The notes below the pieces were generated by a model. That model ran no database searches. It worked only from the letters and a program-made list of their open reading frames with translations, and was not told the DNA's origin. A program made the position numbers and the translations under genes. A DNA stretch of 64,000 nucleotides, taken from contig CAVPVX010000001.1 in assembly GCA_963709345.1 (NCBI GenBank), positions 288,001-352,000 of the forward strand, read 5' to 3'. Positions 1 through 9,028 of this stretch are shown piece after piece (within the stretch, counting starts at the first letter, position 1; each line of letters opens with the position of its first letter). The stretch is from an uncultured Actinomycetes bacterium. GTDB lineage: Bacteria > Actinomycetota > Thermoleophilia > UBA2241.

Positions 1-1
1 G

Positions 2-1642
2 ACGGACCTCGCCCTTGACCTTGCTTCCCTGGACGCCGACGCGGACATCGGCGCCTTCATCGCGGACCGGCTGATGGAGGCGACTGCGGCCGTGGCCGCC
101 GCCTTCACTGAGTACGACCCGGACGAGCGCGTCCTCGTGACCCGCAGCGTGGTCCTCCAGCCCGGGATGGCAAGCCGGCTTGCGGCGCCTCTGCTCAAGC
201 GGATCTCGAACGCGAAGTCCCCGGTGAGCGATGAGGCGTACGCGGAGATCCTCAGTTCCGTCGTGGGCGTCCGCCCCACGCTGGCCGAGGCGTCGTTCGG
301 AGCGATCCCGCCGCGAATCGGCGCCACCGTGCAGAGGCTGCTCGGCGTCGACAGGTTCCTCGTGATCGCGTTCGTTGTCGAAGGAGAGCTCTTCGGCACC
401 GCTATCGTTGGGCTGAAGAGGGGCGCACCGGAGCCGCCGCGGGCGCGGCTCGAGTCCATCGCCCACGTTGCCGCCGTCTCGCTGCGGCGGCGGCGCGCAG
501 AGGACGAACTGCGCTCCAGCGAAGCCAAGGCGCGCTTCTGGGCCGAAGTCGTCGAGCACGCGGCGGAGCCGATCGCCATCGGCTTCCCGGACGGGCGTCT
601 GGGAGACTGCAACGAGGCATGGTGCAACCTCACCGGCTACACGCGCGAAGAGCTCGGCTCCACCGACTGGGCCACCGTGCTCACTCCGCGTGAATGGATG
701 GAGCCGGAATCCGCCGCGCTGGCCGATCTGGAGCGCACCGGGCGACCGGTGCGCTATGAGAAGGAGATCATCCGCAAGGACGGCACACGAGTGCCGGTCG
801 ACATGCTCGTGCACGTGGCCCGCGACCAGGAAGGTCATGCCCTTCATTTCACCGGATTCGTCACCGACATCTCGGAGCGCAAGCGGTCGGAGGCGACGAT
901 CCGCGGGCTGACCGCGGACCTCGAGCGCAGGGTCGAGGAGCGCACGCGGGAGCTCACCATCGCCAATCGGAGGCTCCAGGAGTTCGTGTACTCCGTCTCA
1001 CACGACCTGCGCACGCCGCTACGCGCCCTGGACGGATTCAGCCTCAGCGTGCTCGAGCGCTGCGGCGACGTCCTCGACGAGCAAGGACGCGACGACCTGC
1101 GCAGGGTCCGGGCGGCGGCGCAGCGGCTGGGCCGGCTCATCGACGGGCTGCTGTCGCTGGCCAAGGCCGGGCATCGCGCCCCGAGACTCGAAGAGACCGA
1201 CCTCTCGGCCATAGCGAGGGGGGTCGTCGAAGAGCTGCGGCAGGCCGAGCCCGAGCGCATCGCAGAGGTGGTTATTGAGGCTGGGCTGATGGCCGAGACG
1301 GATGCGGTACTCGCCGATGTCGTCCTCGGGAATCTGCTGCAAAACGCCTGGAAGTTCACGTCGCGAGAGCAGGTGGCTCACATCGCCGTCGGCGCGGCTG
1401 TCCGGGACGGGAGACCGGCCTTCTACGTACGCGACAACGGCGTCGGCTTCGATCCCGCGTACGCGAGAAAACTGTTCACGCCGTTCGAGAGCCTGCACTC
1501 TGCCGCCGAGTTCTCCGGAACGGGGGTCGGGCTCGCCACGGTCTCCCGTACGCTCGAGAGCCTTGGCGGCACCTGCTGGGCGGAGGGAGCGATCGGCGAG
1601 GGGGCGACCTTCTACTTCGTCCTCGCGGCCGCGACGACCTAG
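2..1642 (+). CDS. PAS-domain sensor histidine kinase (5' end outside window)
   Basis: Frame open from base 2; PAS (CNEAWCNLTGYTREEL), H-box SVSHDLRTPL, N-box NLLQNAWKF, G-boxes DNGVGF and GTGVGL. Confidence 0.93.
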   Translation, partial: TDLALDLASLDADADIGAFIADRLMEATAAVAAAFTEYDPDERVLVTRSVVLQPGMASRLAAPLLKRISNAKSPVSDEAYAEILSSVVGVRPTLAEASFGAIPPRIGATVQRLLGVDRFLVIAFVVEGELFGTAIVGLKRGAPEPPRARLESIAHVAAVSLRRRRAEDELRSSEAKARFWAEVVEHAAEPIAIGFPDGRLGDCNEAWCNLTGYTREELGSTDWATVLTPREWMEPESAALADLERTGRPVRYEKEIIRKDGTRVPVDMLVHVARDQEGHALHFTGFVTDISERKRSEATIRGLTADLERRVEERTRELTIANRRLQEFVYSVSHDLRTPLRALDGFSLSVLERCGDVLDEQGRDDLRRVRAAAQRLGRLIDGLLSLAKAGHRAPRLEETDLSAIARGVVEELRQAEPERIAEVVIEAGLMAETDAVLADVVLGNLLQNAWKFTSREQVAHIAVGAAVRDGRPAFYVRDNGVGFDPAYARKLFTPFESLHSAAEFSGTGVGLATVSRTLESLGGTCWAEGAIGEGATFYFVLAAATT

Positions 1643-1658
1643 CGGTAGACTGGGCGGC

Positions 1659-1880
1659 ATGACGACCGTGATCTACACCAAGCCGGGTTGCCCGTACTGC
1701 GCCGCCGCCAAGCAGGACCTCGAGGCGCGCAGCGTCGACTACGACGAAATCGACGTGTACACCAGGGCGGGAGCCCGCGAGCAGCTCGCCGAACTCACCG
1801 GAGGCATGAACGTGGTGCCGGTGATCATCGACGACGACGACGAGGTGCACGTCGCCGCCGGAGGCGGCTGAAGCATCTGA
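1659..1880 (+). CDS. Glutaredoxin-like probable selenoprotein (UXX-star type)
   Basis: YTKPGCPYC motif; ends GGG-TGA(1869-1871)-AGC-ATC-TGA; hairpin follows the first TGA; -10 TAGACT 7 nt before ATG. Confidence 0.85.
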
Positions 1881-1881
1881 C

Positions 1882-1900
1882 GGGCGCGCGTGCCGCGCCC
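1882..1900 (+). promoter_or_regulatory. SECIS-like hairpin
   Basis: GGGCGCG-CGTGC-CGCGCCC; stem starts 10 nt after the UGA, loop 17 nt after, G among first two loop bases. Confidence 0.6.
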
Positions 1901-1906
1901 CGGACG

Positions 1907-1950
1907 CGACGAAGGGCGCAGCCGACAGACGCCGGCCGCGCCCTTCGTCG
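1907..1950. terminator. Hairpin between convergent genes
   Basis: CGACGAAGGGCGC (1907-1919) pairs with GCGCCCTTCGTCG (1938-1950). Confidence 0.6.
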
Positions 1951-1953
1951 TCC

Positions 1954-2325
1954 CTACTTCTTGACCGGTAGCCCTGCCTTCTTCCAGGCCATGAGGCCGC
2001 CGTGGACGTTGGTCACCTTCGTGAACCCAATGCCCGCGAGCCGCTTCGCCTGTCGCGGACTGCGATGGCCGCTCAGGCAGATGACGAGGACGTCGTCGTC
2101 GCGCCCCAGCCCGGTCGCGTCCTCCTTGATGAGCTGCGGGGGCACGCTCCGGGCTCCCTTGGGGCGCCCAGCGTGCGCGAACTCCCTCGGGGAGCGCACG
2201 TCGATCAACTTCGCGCCCCTCCTGCTGCGGGCAAACGCCTCACGCACATCGATGGTCTCGACGATCGTGTCGCGCCCGGATCCGGCTGCGCTGCCCGCGC
2301 CGAGCCTCCGTGTGAACGGCCACAT
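1954..2325 (-). CDS. Rhodanese-like domain protein
   Basis: LIDVRSPREF, active loop ICLSGHRS, GGLMAWKKAGLP; RBS AAGGAG before ATG 2325. Confidence 0.9.
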   Translation of the reverse strand: MWPFTRRLGAGSAAGSGRDTIVETIDVREAFARSRRGAKLIDVRSPREFAHAGRPKGARSVPPQLIKEDATGLGRDDDVLVICLSGHRSPRQAKRLAGIGFTKVTNVHGGLMAWKKAGLPVKK

Positions 2326-2348
2326 GGGTGCTGCTCCTTGCCGGGTGG

Positions 2349-2717
2349 TCAGACGGGTGCGCTGTCGCGCTGAGGTTCCTCGACCAGCGTGTCGTACAAC
2401 ACCTCGAACGGGCCGCTTGAGAGGATGGACTGCAGGGTCTCGTAGATCCTCTGCACCGGCGGGCTCTGATAGAACTCGTCGTGGAGTCGCAGGTCGTCCC
2501 ACTCGGTCTCGAAGACGAAGTGGATGTCCCCAAGGGCGGCCTCACGGCCCTCGTCCCGCAGCGCGCTGGCGAGCGGCGACATGCCGAACGAGCGGAGAAC
2601 GCGGTGCGCCGTGTGCCCGGGGGCGCCCTGGAGATACCCGGCAAGTTCCTGAAGCGCTCGCTCGGCGCGGTGTTCCGTGCCTTTGCGAACGCTGAACATC
2701 GTTTGGCCGATCATCAT
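2349..2717 (-). CDS. Antibiotic-biosynthesis-monooxygenase-like (dimeric alpha-beta barrel) protein
   Basis: RBS AAGGAG; pattern F.V..G.E...APG....V...F..ETEWDD...H..FY. Confidence 0.6.
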   Translation of the reverse strand: MMIGQTMFSVRKGTEHRAERALQELAGYLQGAPGHTAHRVLRSFGMSPLASALRDEGREAALGDIHFVFETEWDDLRLHDEFYQSPPVQRIYETLQSILSSGPFEVLYDTLVEEPQRDSAPV

Positions 2718-2841
2718 CGGAGTCACTCCTTCACGGAGACTGCATAGCCTTTGTACCCGTACGCGCCGGGATGGAACGGCGACCTGGGGGAACGGCACCT
2801 CGACGAGCCCGGCACACGCCGGCGTCGGTGGCCGCGAGAGC

Positions 2842-3294
2842 TCAGCGCACCACCTGGCGGAATGCGGCGACGAGCTTCGGCGTCTTGACCGCCGCCTCGC
2901 CCTCGCCGCTCCAGACGATCTTGCCGGCGCGGTCGATGATGAACACCATGGGGCGAACGGTGCCGTCCTTCTTGAGTGCACCGTACAGCTGTGCCACGCT
3001 GCCCTCGTCCGACAGCAGCGGGAACGCGAGGCTCTCCACGCTCGCGGCCAACGCCCTGACGTCGTCCCGGCCGGCGTCGCAGATACCGACGAGCTGACCA
3101 CGGAGACCCCAGAGCGTTGCCGCTGCGGCGCTCAGCTGCTTCAGCATCCGGCCGGCACCCGGGGACTGCGTCGGAACGAAGATTATGACGGGGAACCAGT
3201 CTCCGCGGTACTGCTTGAGATTGATCTCGCTGCCGTCGGCGGCGCTGAGTGTGAACGTCGGCGCTTCGCGGCCGACGCCGAAGTCGTAACCCAC
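2842..3294 (-). CDS. AhpC/TSA (peroxiredoxin-fold) protein lacking the peroxidatic Cys
   Basis: APTFTL..DG..INL.QYRG, FPLLSD..VAQLYG, FIIDRAGKIVW; FVPTQSPGA where PxxxT/SxxC is expected. Confidence 0.8.
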   Translation of the reverse strand: MGYDFGVGREAPTFTLSAADGSEINLKQYRGDWFPVIIFVPTQSPGAGRMLKQLSAAAATLWGLRGQLVGICDAGRDDVRALAASVESLAFPLLSDEGSVAQLYGALKKDGTVRPMVFIIDRAGKIVWSGEGEAAVKTPKLVAAFRQVVR

Positions 3295-3647
3295 GTCGGG
3301 TACCTCCTGACGGTGCAGCGGGCAACGCCCGCGCGTGTCAGGAGGAGTGTATCAAAGCGACGGACGACGCGATCCAGACCGGCGATACTGAAGAGGCCCC
3401 TGACGAGTTCGCCGCAGATCACCGAGATGCCGCGCTCCCGTGCCCTGCACGCGACGGAGAACAACACAGCGGCTCCGGTGGAGTGGACGAGATCCGACCC
3501 CGTCATGTCGATGATCAGGCGCCGCACACAGCACTGGCGGCACGCCGGGTTCTGCTGCTTGAACGCGGGAGCGGAGACGGCGTCGACGGCTCCTCGAACG
3601 CTCATGACGTCGACACCATCGGCGAGCGACTCGAAGCTGATGTGCAT
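3183..3647 (-). CDS. STAS domain / anti-sigma factor antagonist, possibly degenerate
   Basis: V.GAVDAVSAPAFK, LIIDMTG..HSTG, VRGLFSIAGLD; reading frame runs 112 nt into the next gene. Confidence 0.6.
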   Translation of the reverse strand: MHISFESLADGVDVMSVRGAVDAVSAPAFKQQNPACRQCCVRRLIIDMTGSDLVHSTGAAVLFSVACRARERGISVICGELVRGLFSIAGLDRVVRRFDTLLLTRAGVARCTVRRYPTWVTTSASAAKRRRSHSAPPTAARSISSSTAETGSPS

Positions 3648-4024
3648 CCCTGCTCTCTCAAGACTTCAGCCCCGATCCGGTGACGCGGCCCGGGGGCGGC
3701 GAGTTCGTCCGTGCCGACCGGCGGAAGTGGCCCACCGGTCGCCCCCGCTGACCGCGGAGGCGCCCGAGGCGCAGGCCGGCGTCGTTCGCGCGGCAACCAG
3801 AGCGCTCGGATCCTGACCGTGCGGGCCACCGCATCCGCCGGTAGAGGCCTTGGTCATCCCGCTCGCAGCCCGTTCGGACCGGCCCGGCGGGGCGGAGGCC
3901 GGCTCGCCACGGGCGGGGTGCGGCGCGGCCCATGAAGGGCCCCAGACCGTACTCGATGAACTCACGGCGCCTGCCGGGGGGTCGAGTGGAGACCAGGCCC
4001 GGCGGCTACCCGGCCAGGGGATGC

Positions 4025-4062
4025 GACGGGGCCGGGCGGCAAGAGCGCCACCCGGCCCCGTC
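4025..4062. terminator. GC-rich hairpin downstream of rubrerythrins
   Basis: GACGGGGCCGGG...CCCGGCCCCGTC inverted repeat. Confidence 0.55.
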
Positions 4063-4117
4063 CGGCCGTGTCATTCCTGGAGGGCGGCCGCCCAGAGGCG
4101 GGCCGTCCCATTGCGGG

Positions 4118-4663
4118 TCAGAACGCCCTGTAGTACTCCCTGGCTGCGGCGCACACCGGACACCTGTCCGGAACATCGCCGATCACCGTATGCCCGCAGA
4201 CGAGGCACACGCTCACGGGCTGGTCGGCGACGTCCCTGCCGGCGAGCACCTCGTCGTGCGCATGCGCATACATGCGCCTGTGGTCGTGCTCGGCCTTCAC
4301 CGCGTAGCGGATGCTGCGACTCGCTTGGGCATTGCCCTGCAGCTTCGCGACCTCGGCGTAGGCCGGGTACATCTCGTCGATCTCGAAGCTCTCTCCCTCG
4401 AAGGCCGCCCGGAGATTGTCGGCGGTCGCCCCCACGCCGTTCATCACGCGCAGGTGGTTCCTCGCATGCCTGGTCTCGGCGAAGGAGATGGCTCGGAACA
4501 GCCGGGCCACGTTCGGATACGCCTCTTCCTCCGCCTGCTCGGCGTAGACCATGTACTTCGCGGCCGCCTGGCTCTCACCGCCGAACGCCGCTCTCAGGCT
4601 CTCCCCGGTCATAGCGTTGAGGTCTTCGGGCTTGGGGAGTCGCATCTCGAAGACGTCCTTCAT
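4118..4663 (-). CDS. rbr: Rubrerythrin
   Basis: AFGGESQA, ETRHARNH, GESFE..EMYP, EHDH, C-terminal CLVCGH...CPVC rubredoxin-like site. Confidence 0.93.
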   Translation of the reverse strand: MKDVFEMRLPKPEDLNAMTGESLRAAFGGESQAAAKYMVYAEQAEEEAYPNVARLFRAISFAETRHARNHLRVMNGVGATADNLRAAFEGESFEIDEMYPAYAEVAKLQGNAQASRSIRYAVKAEHDHRRMYAHAHDEVLAGRDVADQPVSVCLVCGHTVIGDVPDRCPVCAAAREYYRAF

Positions 4664-5208
4664 CAGAACTCCCTGAAGTGGGGCCCGGCAGTGCCGCACT
4701 GCGGGCACTCGTCGGGTGCGTCACCAATGACGGTGTGACCGCAGATCGGGCAGACGCGCACGGCGTCGACGCCAAGGTCGGCCTTGCCCTCCACGCCCTT
4801 CAGCGTGCTGTCGTAGATGCCCTGGTGGTCCATCTCGGCCTTGAGTGCATAGCGGATGCTCGTCTGGGCGCTGCCGTTCTCCTGAAGCCTGGCGACCGCG
4901 TCGTAGGCCGGGTACATCTCGTCGATCTCGAACGTCTCGCCGCCCCAGGCGGCCTTGAGGTTCTCGCTGGTCGTGCCGATCCTGCCGAGCACGCTGAGGT
5001 GGTTGCGCGCGTGCGTGCTCTCGGCGTAGGCGACGGCACGGAAGAGACGCGCGACGTTCGGGTAGCCTTCGGCGTCGGCAACGTCGGCGAACGCCAGGTA
5101 CTTCTGCGACGCCTGGCTCTCGCCGGCGAGCGCAGCAGCGATGTTCTCCGCCGTCATCGCGCCCTTGTCCTCGGGCGCCGGCGGTACGTTCATGAAGGGG
5201 TCGGCCAT
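4663..5208 (-). CDS. rbr: Rubrerythrin (second tandem copy)
   Basis: GESQASQKY, ESTHARNH, EMDH, CPICGH...CPQC; TGATG coupling to the downstream copy. Confidence 0.93.
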   Translation of the reverse strand: MADPFMNVPPAPEDKGAMTAENIAAALAGESQASQKYLAFADVADAEGYPNVARLFRAVAYAESTHARNHLSVLGRIGTTSENLKAAWGGETFEIDEMYPAYDAVARLQENGSAQTSIRYALKAEMDHQGIYDSTLKGVEGKADLGVDAVRVCPICGHTVIGDAPDECPQCGTAGPHFREF

Positions 5209-5373
5209 GGTCTCGTATGCCTCCTTGGGTGCGGGCCCGGCCTGGCTGCCGGCCTGAGCCCAGGTGTGCGGATCGGTCTGAGGTTCGTCTCTCGGAAGCG
5301 TCTGCGGCGGCGGCGCGTGGCGCTCAAAATTGAATGCTGCGCATGCTCTTGGCGGCCGCGGCGCTGCTGCCAC

Positions 5374-5802
5374 TCAGACGGCCGCCGTATGCGACCTGAG
5401 GGCGGGCACCAGCCGGTGCAGGACGGCGTGGATCTGGCGCGGGCTCACGTGATCGAACAAGGCGTAGTAGGTATCCGGGCGTGATTGACTGCGCGTGAAC
5501 TGCGCCAGGTCCACCGTCGAGCCCGCGGCGGTCGCCTCGCGCGCCTGCTCGCCGTCTATCGCGAGCAACGCAGCCGTGGCCGGGACGCTGGCGTCACTGC
5601 AGATCTCCGCGATGTCCTGGGGGTACGTCCACAAAGAGAAAGCCAAGGGTCTATCGGCGACCTCGCTCAACACCAGGCGGACTCCCGGCTCCACCTCACT
5701 CGTGAAGTCGAAGTGCCGACGGTCGGCGCCGCGCGCCACCTTGATGACCGTGCGGACGCGCTCGAGCTTCTCGCCGAACGTGGCAGGAACAGGACGCGCC
5801 AT
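5374..5802 (-). CDS. Hypothetical protein
   Basis: RBS AAGGAGG, protein-like composition, no recognised motif. Confidence 0.6.
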   Translation of the reverse strand: MARPVPATFGEKLERVRTVIKVARGADRRHFDFTSEVEPGVRLVLSEVADRPLAFSLWTYPQDIAEICSDASVPATAALLAIDGEQAREATAAGSTVDLAQFTRSQSRPDTYYALFDHVSPRQIHAVLHRLVPALRSHTAAV

Positions 5803-5871
5803 GGCAGCCCTCCTTGAAACCACCCCTTGAGCCTTCCGGAGCCGCGGGGCCGGTTACGCCTTCTCAGCACG

Positions 5872-6710
5872 TCAGATGCCCGCGGCCATCTCAGAATAAA
5901 CCCGTTCGCGACAGTGGAAACGGATGCGACGGCTTGGTCCGTCAGCGCCGGATGACGGGCAGGACGTGAGCCCGCAGTTCGATGTCGTGGCGCTCCCCGG
6001 GGCGGTCTCGTACCCACCGGCGGCGGCGACCCGGGCGATCACTCTCAGCGGGCCGCGCGTCGCGAGCTTGCGACCGACCGCGGTGACGGGATACATGAGC
6101 GCAGTCGGGTAGTCGCCGGACCCGGACGCCCTGCGCACCTTGCCCGTCTTGAGAGCCGGCACGTCCCACCCGAGACGCGTTGCTCGCTCCCGTGCGGCGT
6201 CCACGATCTCACCGGCGTCGCCATCGCACGGATCCCCCATCTCACCGGTGGGATCGAGCACGAATCAGTCCGGCACCGTGACGCTGCGCTCGACAACCTC
6301 GCCGAACACGGCACTCACACCGAGCTCCTTGGCGGCGGCCAGCGCGTGGCGCCCTTCGTCGACGATGACGGCTCCGGCCGCGCGCGGCTTGGCGTACGTC
6401 GAGGGACGCACGAACTCGCCGACGCGGCATGAGTAGGCGAACGGCAGCTCCGGGACACCGGACCAAGGAGCCGCAAGCGTAGCCAGCGGCGCACCAGACG
6501 TGTCGTCGGCCCACGCCTCGAGCGCGGCGAGGGTGAGCACGGGGAGCTCGCGATGCGGACGGGTCACACGCGCCGACAAGCGCCCGCAGGCCATCGAACT
6601 CGGCAGCGGCCCACTCCTCGTACATGTCGGCGTCGAGCACGAGGACGGCGCTCGAGCGGGGCGCTGTGCTGCGCTCGGAGGCGAAACGCTCCACGACCGC
6701 GTCCAGCAGT
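5872..6710 (-). pseudogene. Interrupted ORF with ParB/Srx-like motif (frameshift near 6575, in-frame TGA 6265-6267)
   Basis: ORFs 6265-6594 and 5872-6261 share a frame across one TGA; IVDEGRHALAAAKELG resembles the ParB-like DG.HR.AA..LG motif. Confidence 0.35.
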
Positions 6711-6743
6711 CGCGGTGTGGCGCGGGCGGGCGGGGCGCCGGCG

Positions 6744-8645
6744 TCAGCTGGCGCCAAACCCGCCGCCGCCTCCACCGCCTCCTCCTCCGCCGGAGAATCC
6801 ACCCCCGCCGCCGGAGCCGGACGACGAGGACGATGTCGCCACCGAGACGGCCGCGCTGAAGCTCTGGTTCATCTCGCTGAACGCGGACATGCCGCCACCG
6901 TCGCCGGGCAGAGCGAACCAGAGGACGTACGAGGTCCGGAAGCCCGGGTCGTCGATCACCGCGGGCACCTTCACCGCCATCGCCTTGACGACCTGGTCGG
7001 CGATGCCGAAGACGACGGCATACACGAGGAAGTGCTCCCAGAGGACGACGGCATCCGGCGGCTTCTCCTCCAGCCTGCCGAAGTCTTTGAGGTAGCGCTC
7101 GAGCGCCTCATACTGGGCGTGCAGCTCCGCAGCCTCCTGCGAGCGCCGCTTGATCGCGCGCGCCACGAAGATCAGGACGACGCCGACGGGAATGCCGAGG
7201 AAGAAGAGCCACCAGCCCGCGAAGACGGCCGCCGCCCCCGCGGCAGCGATGGCCGCGAAGGACACCGCCGACCCCAGAGCGGCGAGCCGAGTCGCCTTGG
7301 CGTCGAGGAACTTGCGGCGCTCGGCTTCCTTCTTCGCCTTCTTGATCCAGTCGGCATAGCCGCTGGCGAAGGCGGACTTCTTCTTCTTCGCCAGCTCCTT
7401 GAGCTCGCTGAGCACCAGGGTCGAACCGCCGGCGATCTGGTGGAACAGGAACTGGACCAGGTCGCGTTCGTAGACGAGCAGTTCATCCACCCGCTCATCG
7501 TGGAGCGTCAGCCGGTAGCTGGTCGCCTCACCTTTGCCGAAGAGCTTCTTCTTCTCGACGGTCACGCGCTCCAGGTCGATCACCTTGCGGTTCACGAGGT
7601 CGAGCAGGGTCGCCGTGAGGTCGTTACGGCCGATGGTCCCCATGCGCAAGATGGAGGCGACCATGGCCGGCGGCTGCTCCGGCTGTGGCAGGTCCCGCAG
7701 ATACTGCGCCTCGAACTGGGTCTTGGGCTCCCGTCCGTACTTGAGGTAGAGCCATGCGACGAGCACCAGAGCGATGAGCGGGACGCCGAAGCCGATCACC
7801 GCCCAGAAGACGACCTGGACGCGCGCCCAGAGCCGGTCGCGGTTGGCCTCGTCGGCGAGCGCCTGCTCCTCCGCCAGCACCTGCTGCAATCTGGGCTCGG
7901 CGACGGGAGCCGCCTTGCCGAGCGCGTCGGCGGGAAACGCGATACGCGCTTCGACGAAGGTGTTCGCCGGCAGCGGGCTGACGGTCATGCGCACGCTGGC
8001 GTCGGGCTCGATACTCACGTTGCCCCACAGCGGGCCGTGCGCCCAGGCACGCACCTCGTCGCGGGTGACGCCATCCGGCAGCCGCACCGTGACGGTGACG
8101 TCATCTGCGGGGATGGGGGCCTCGTCGCCCACGAATTGCCAGTAGAGCTCGGCGGTGTCCCGCCACCGCTTCGCGGCGCCGCGGGCGACGTACTCGATGG
8201 TGAAGCGCGCCGCCGAATCCGAGACGCGGAAGTTGAGCTGCACGCGCACCGTCGAACTGCCCGTAGCCGTGAAGGTGCCCGGGGTCTTCGCCAAGACGTC
8301 GTCGTCACGCGTGTACGCTACGCTGCCCGACCCGTCGGGGCCGGGCCCACTTGCCGCCGTCACGTCGATTCCTTCCGACCCCCTGGCGGATAGGTCCCAG
8401 TAGACAACGGAGAAGCTGCCGTCGAAGTCCAGGGTGCGTGACTCGCGCACGCGTACGTTCCCGTTCGCGAGCACCTGCGCGTCGATGGTGACGTCGCGGA
8501 TACCGAAGTCCTTGGCCGCCGCGGGGCCGGCCGTCAGGCCGGCAAGGCCGGCGGCCAGCGCCACGAGAGCGAACGCCACCATGAGCGCTCTGACCGGCCG
8601 CCGTTCCCGTCCTGCCGGCCTCACCGTCTCAACTCGCTCGCTCAT
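6744..8645 (-). CDS. DUF2207 family membrane protein
   Basis: Signal peptide, AELYWQFVG, RAWAHGP, WEHFLVYAVVFGIA, Gly/Ser tail SSSGSGGGGGFSGGGGGGGGGG. Confidence 0.9.
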   Translation of the reverse strand: MSERVETVRPAGRERRPVRALMVAFALVALAAGLAGLTAGPAAAKDFGIRDVTIDAQVLANGNVRVRESRTLDFDGSFSVVYWDLSARGSEGIDVTAASGPGPDGSGSVAYTRDDDVLAKTPGTFTATGSSTVRVQLNFRVSDSAARFTIEYVARGAAKRWRDTAELYWQFVGDEAPIPADDVTVTVRLPDGVTRDEVRAWAHGPLWGNVSIEPDASVRMTVSPLPANTFVEARIAFPADALGKAAPVAEPRLQQVLAEEQALADEANRDRLWARVQVVFWAVIGFGVPLIALVLVAWLYLKYGREPKTQFEAQYLRDLPQPEQPPAMVASILRMGTIGRNDLTATLLDLVNRKVIDLERVTVEKKKLFGKGEATSYRLTLHDERVDELLVYERDLVQFLFHQIAGGSTLVLSELKELAKKKKSAFASGYADWIKKAKKEAERRKFLDAKATRLAALGSAVSFAAIAAAGAAAVFAGWWLFFLGIPVGVVLIFVARAIKRRSQEAAELHAQYEALERYLKDFGRLEEKPPDAVVLWEHFLVYAVVFGIADQVVKAMAVKVPAVIDDPGFRTSYVLWFALPGDGGGMSAFSEMNQSFSAAVSVATSSSSSGSGGGGGFSGGGGGGGGGGGFGAS

Positions 8646-9028
8646 GCATCCTCCGGTGGTCCGCGCCGCCCCGGCGCGCTCCGCGCGCTCCCATGGCGCG
8701 CCCACGACGATGCTACCATCGGCCGCGTCACGGGACCCGGCCGAACCCGTTCGCAGGCCGGCCGAGCCTCGGCTCGGAATCCCCCGCCAAAGAGGATTGC
8801 GGTGGTCCAGTTCGTGGAACAAGACGCTGAGTCGATCGGACGGCAGTCGGCGGCGGAACTACTTGAATGTCTATGCAACGGGGCCCCGCAGGGGGCCCCT
8901 TCCGCGTACGCCGGGGGCACGCGGGTAGCCACACCGTTGCCCACCCGGACAGCACCTGAGCCGGGCTCCGCCTCATGGATGGCGCGCAGCTGCCGTAGTA
9001 GACCAGTGGAGCTACTCTGGATGTAGTC

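Noticed and set aside
3650-4117. 470-bp gap as an ncRNA or gene
   Set aside because: Only GC hairpins and motif-less ORFs; no recognisable RNA family
6750-6830. GGC/GGA low-complexity repeat
   Set aside because: Encodes the normal Gly/Ser tail of DUF2207 proteins
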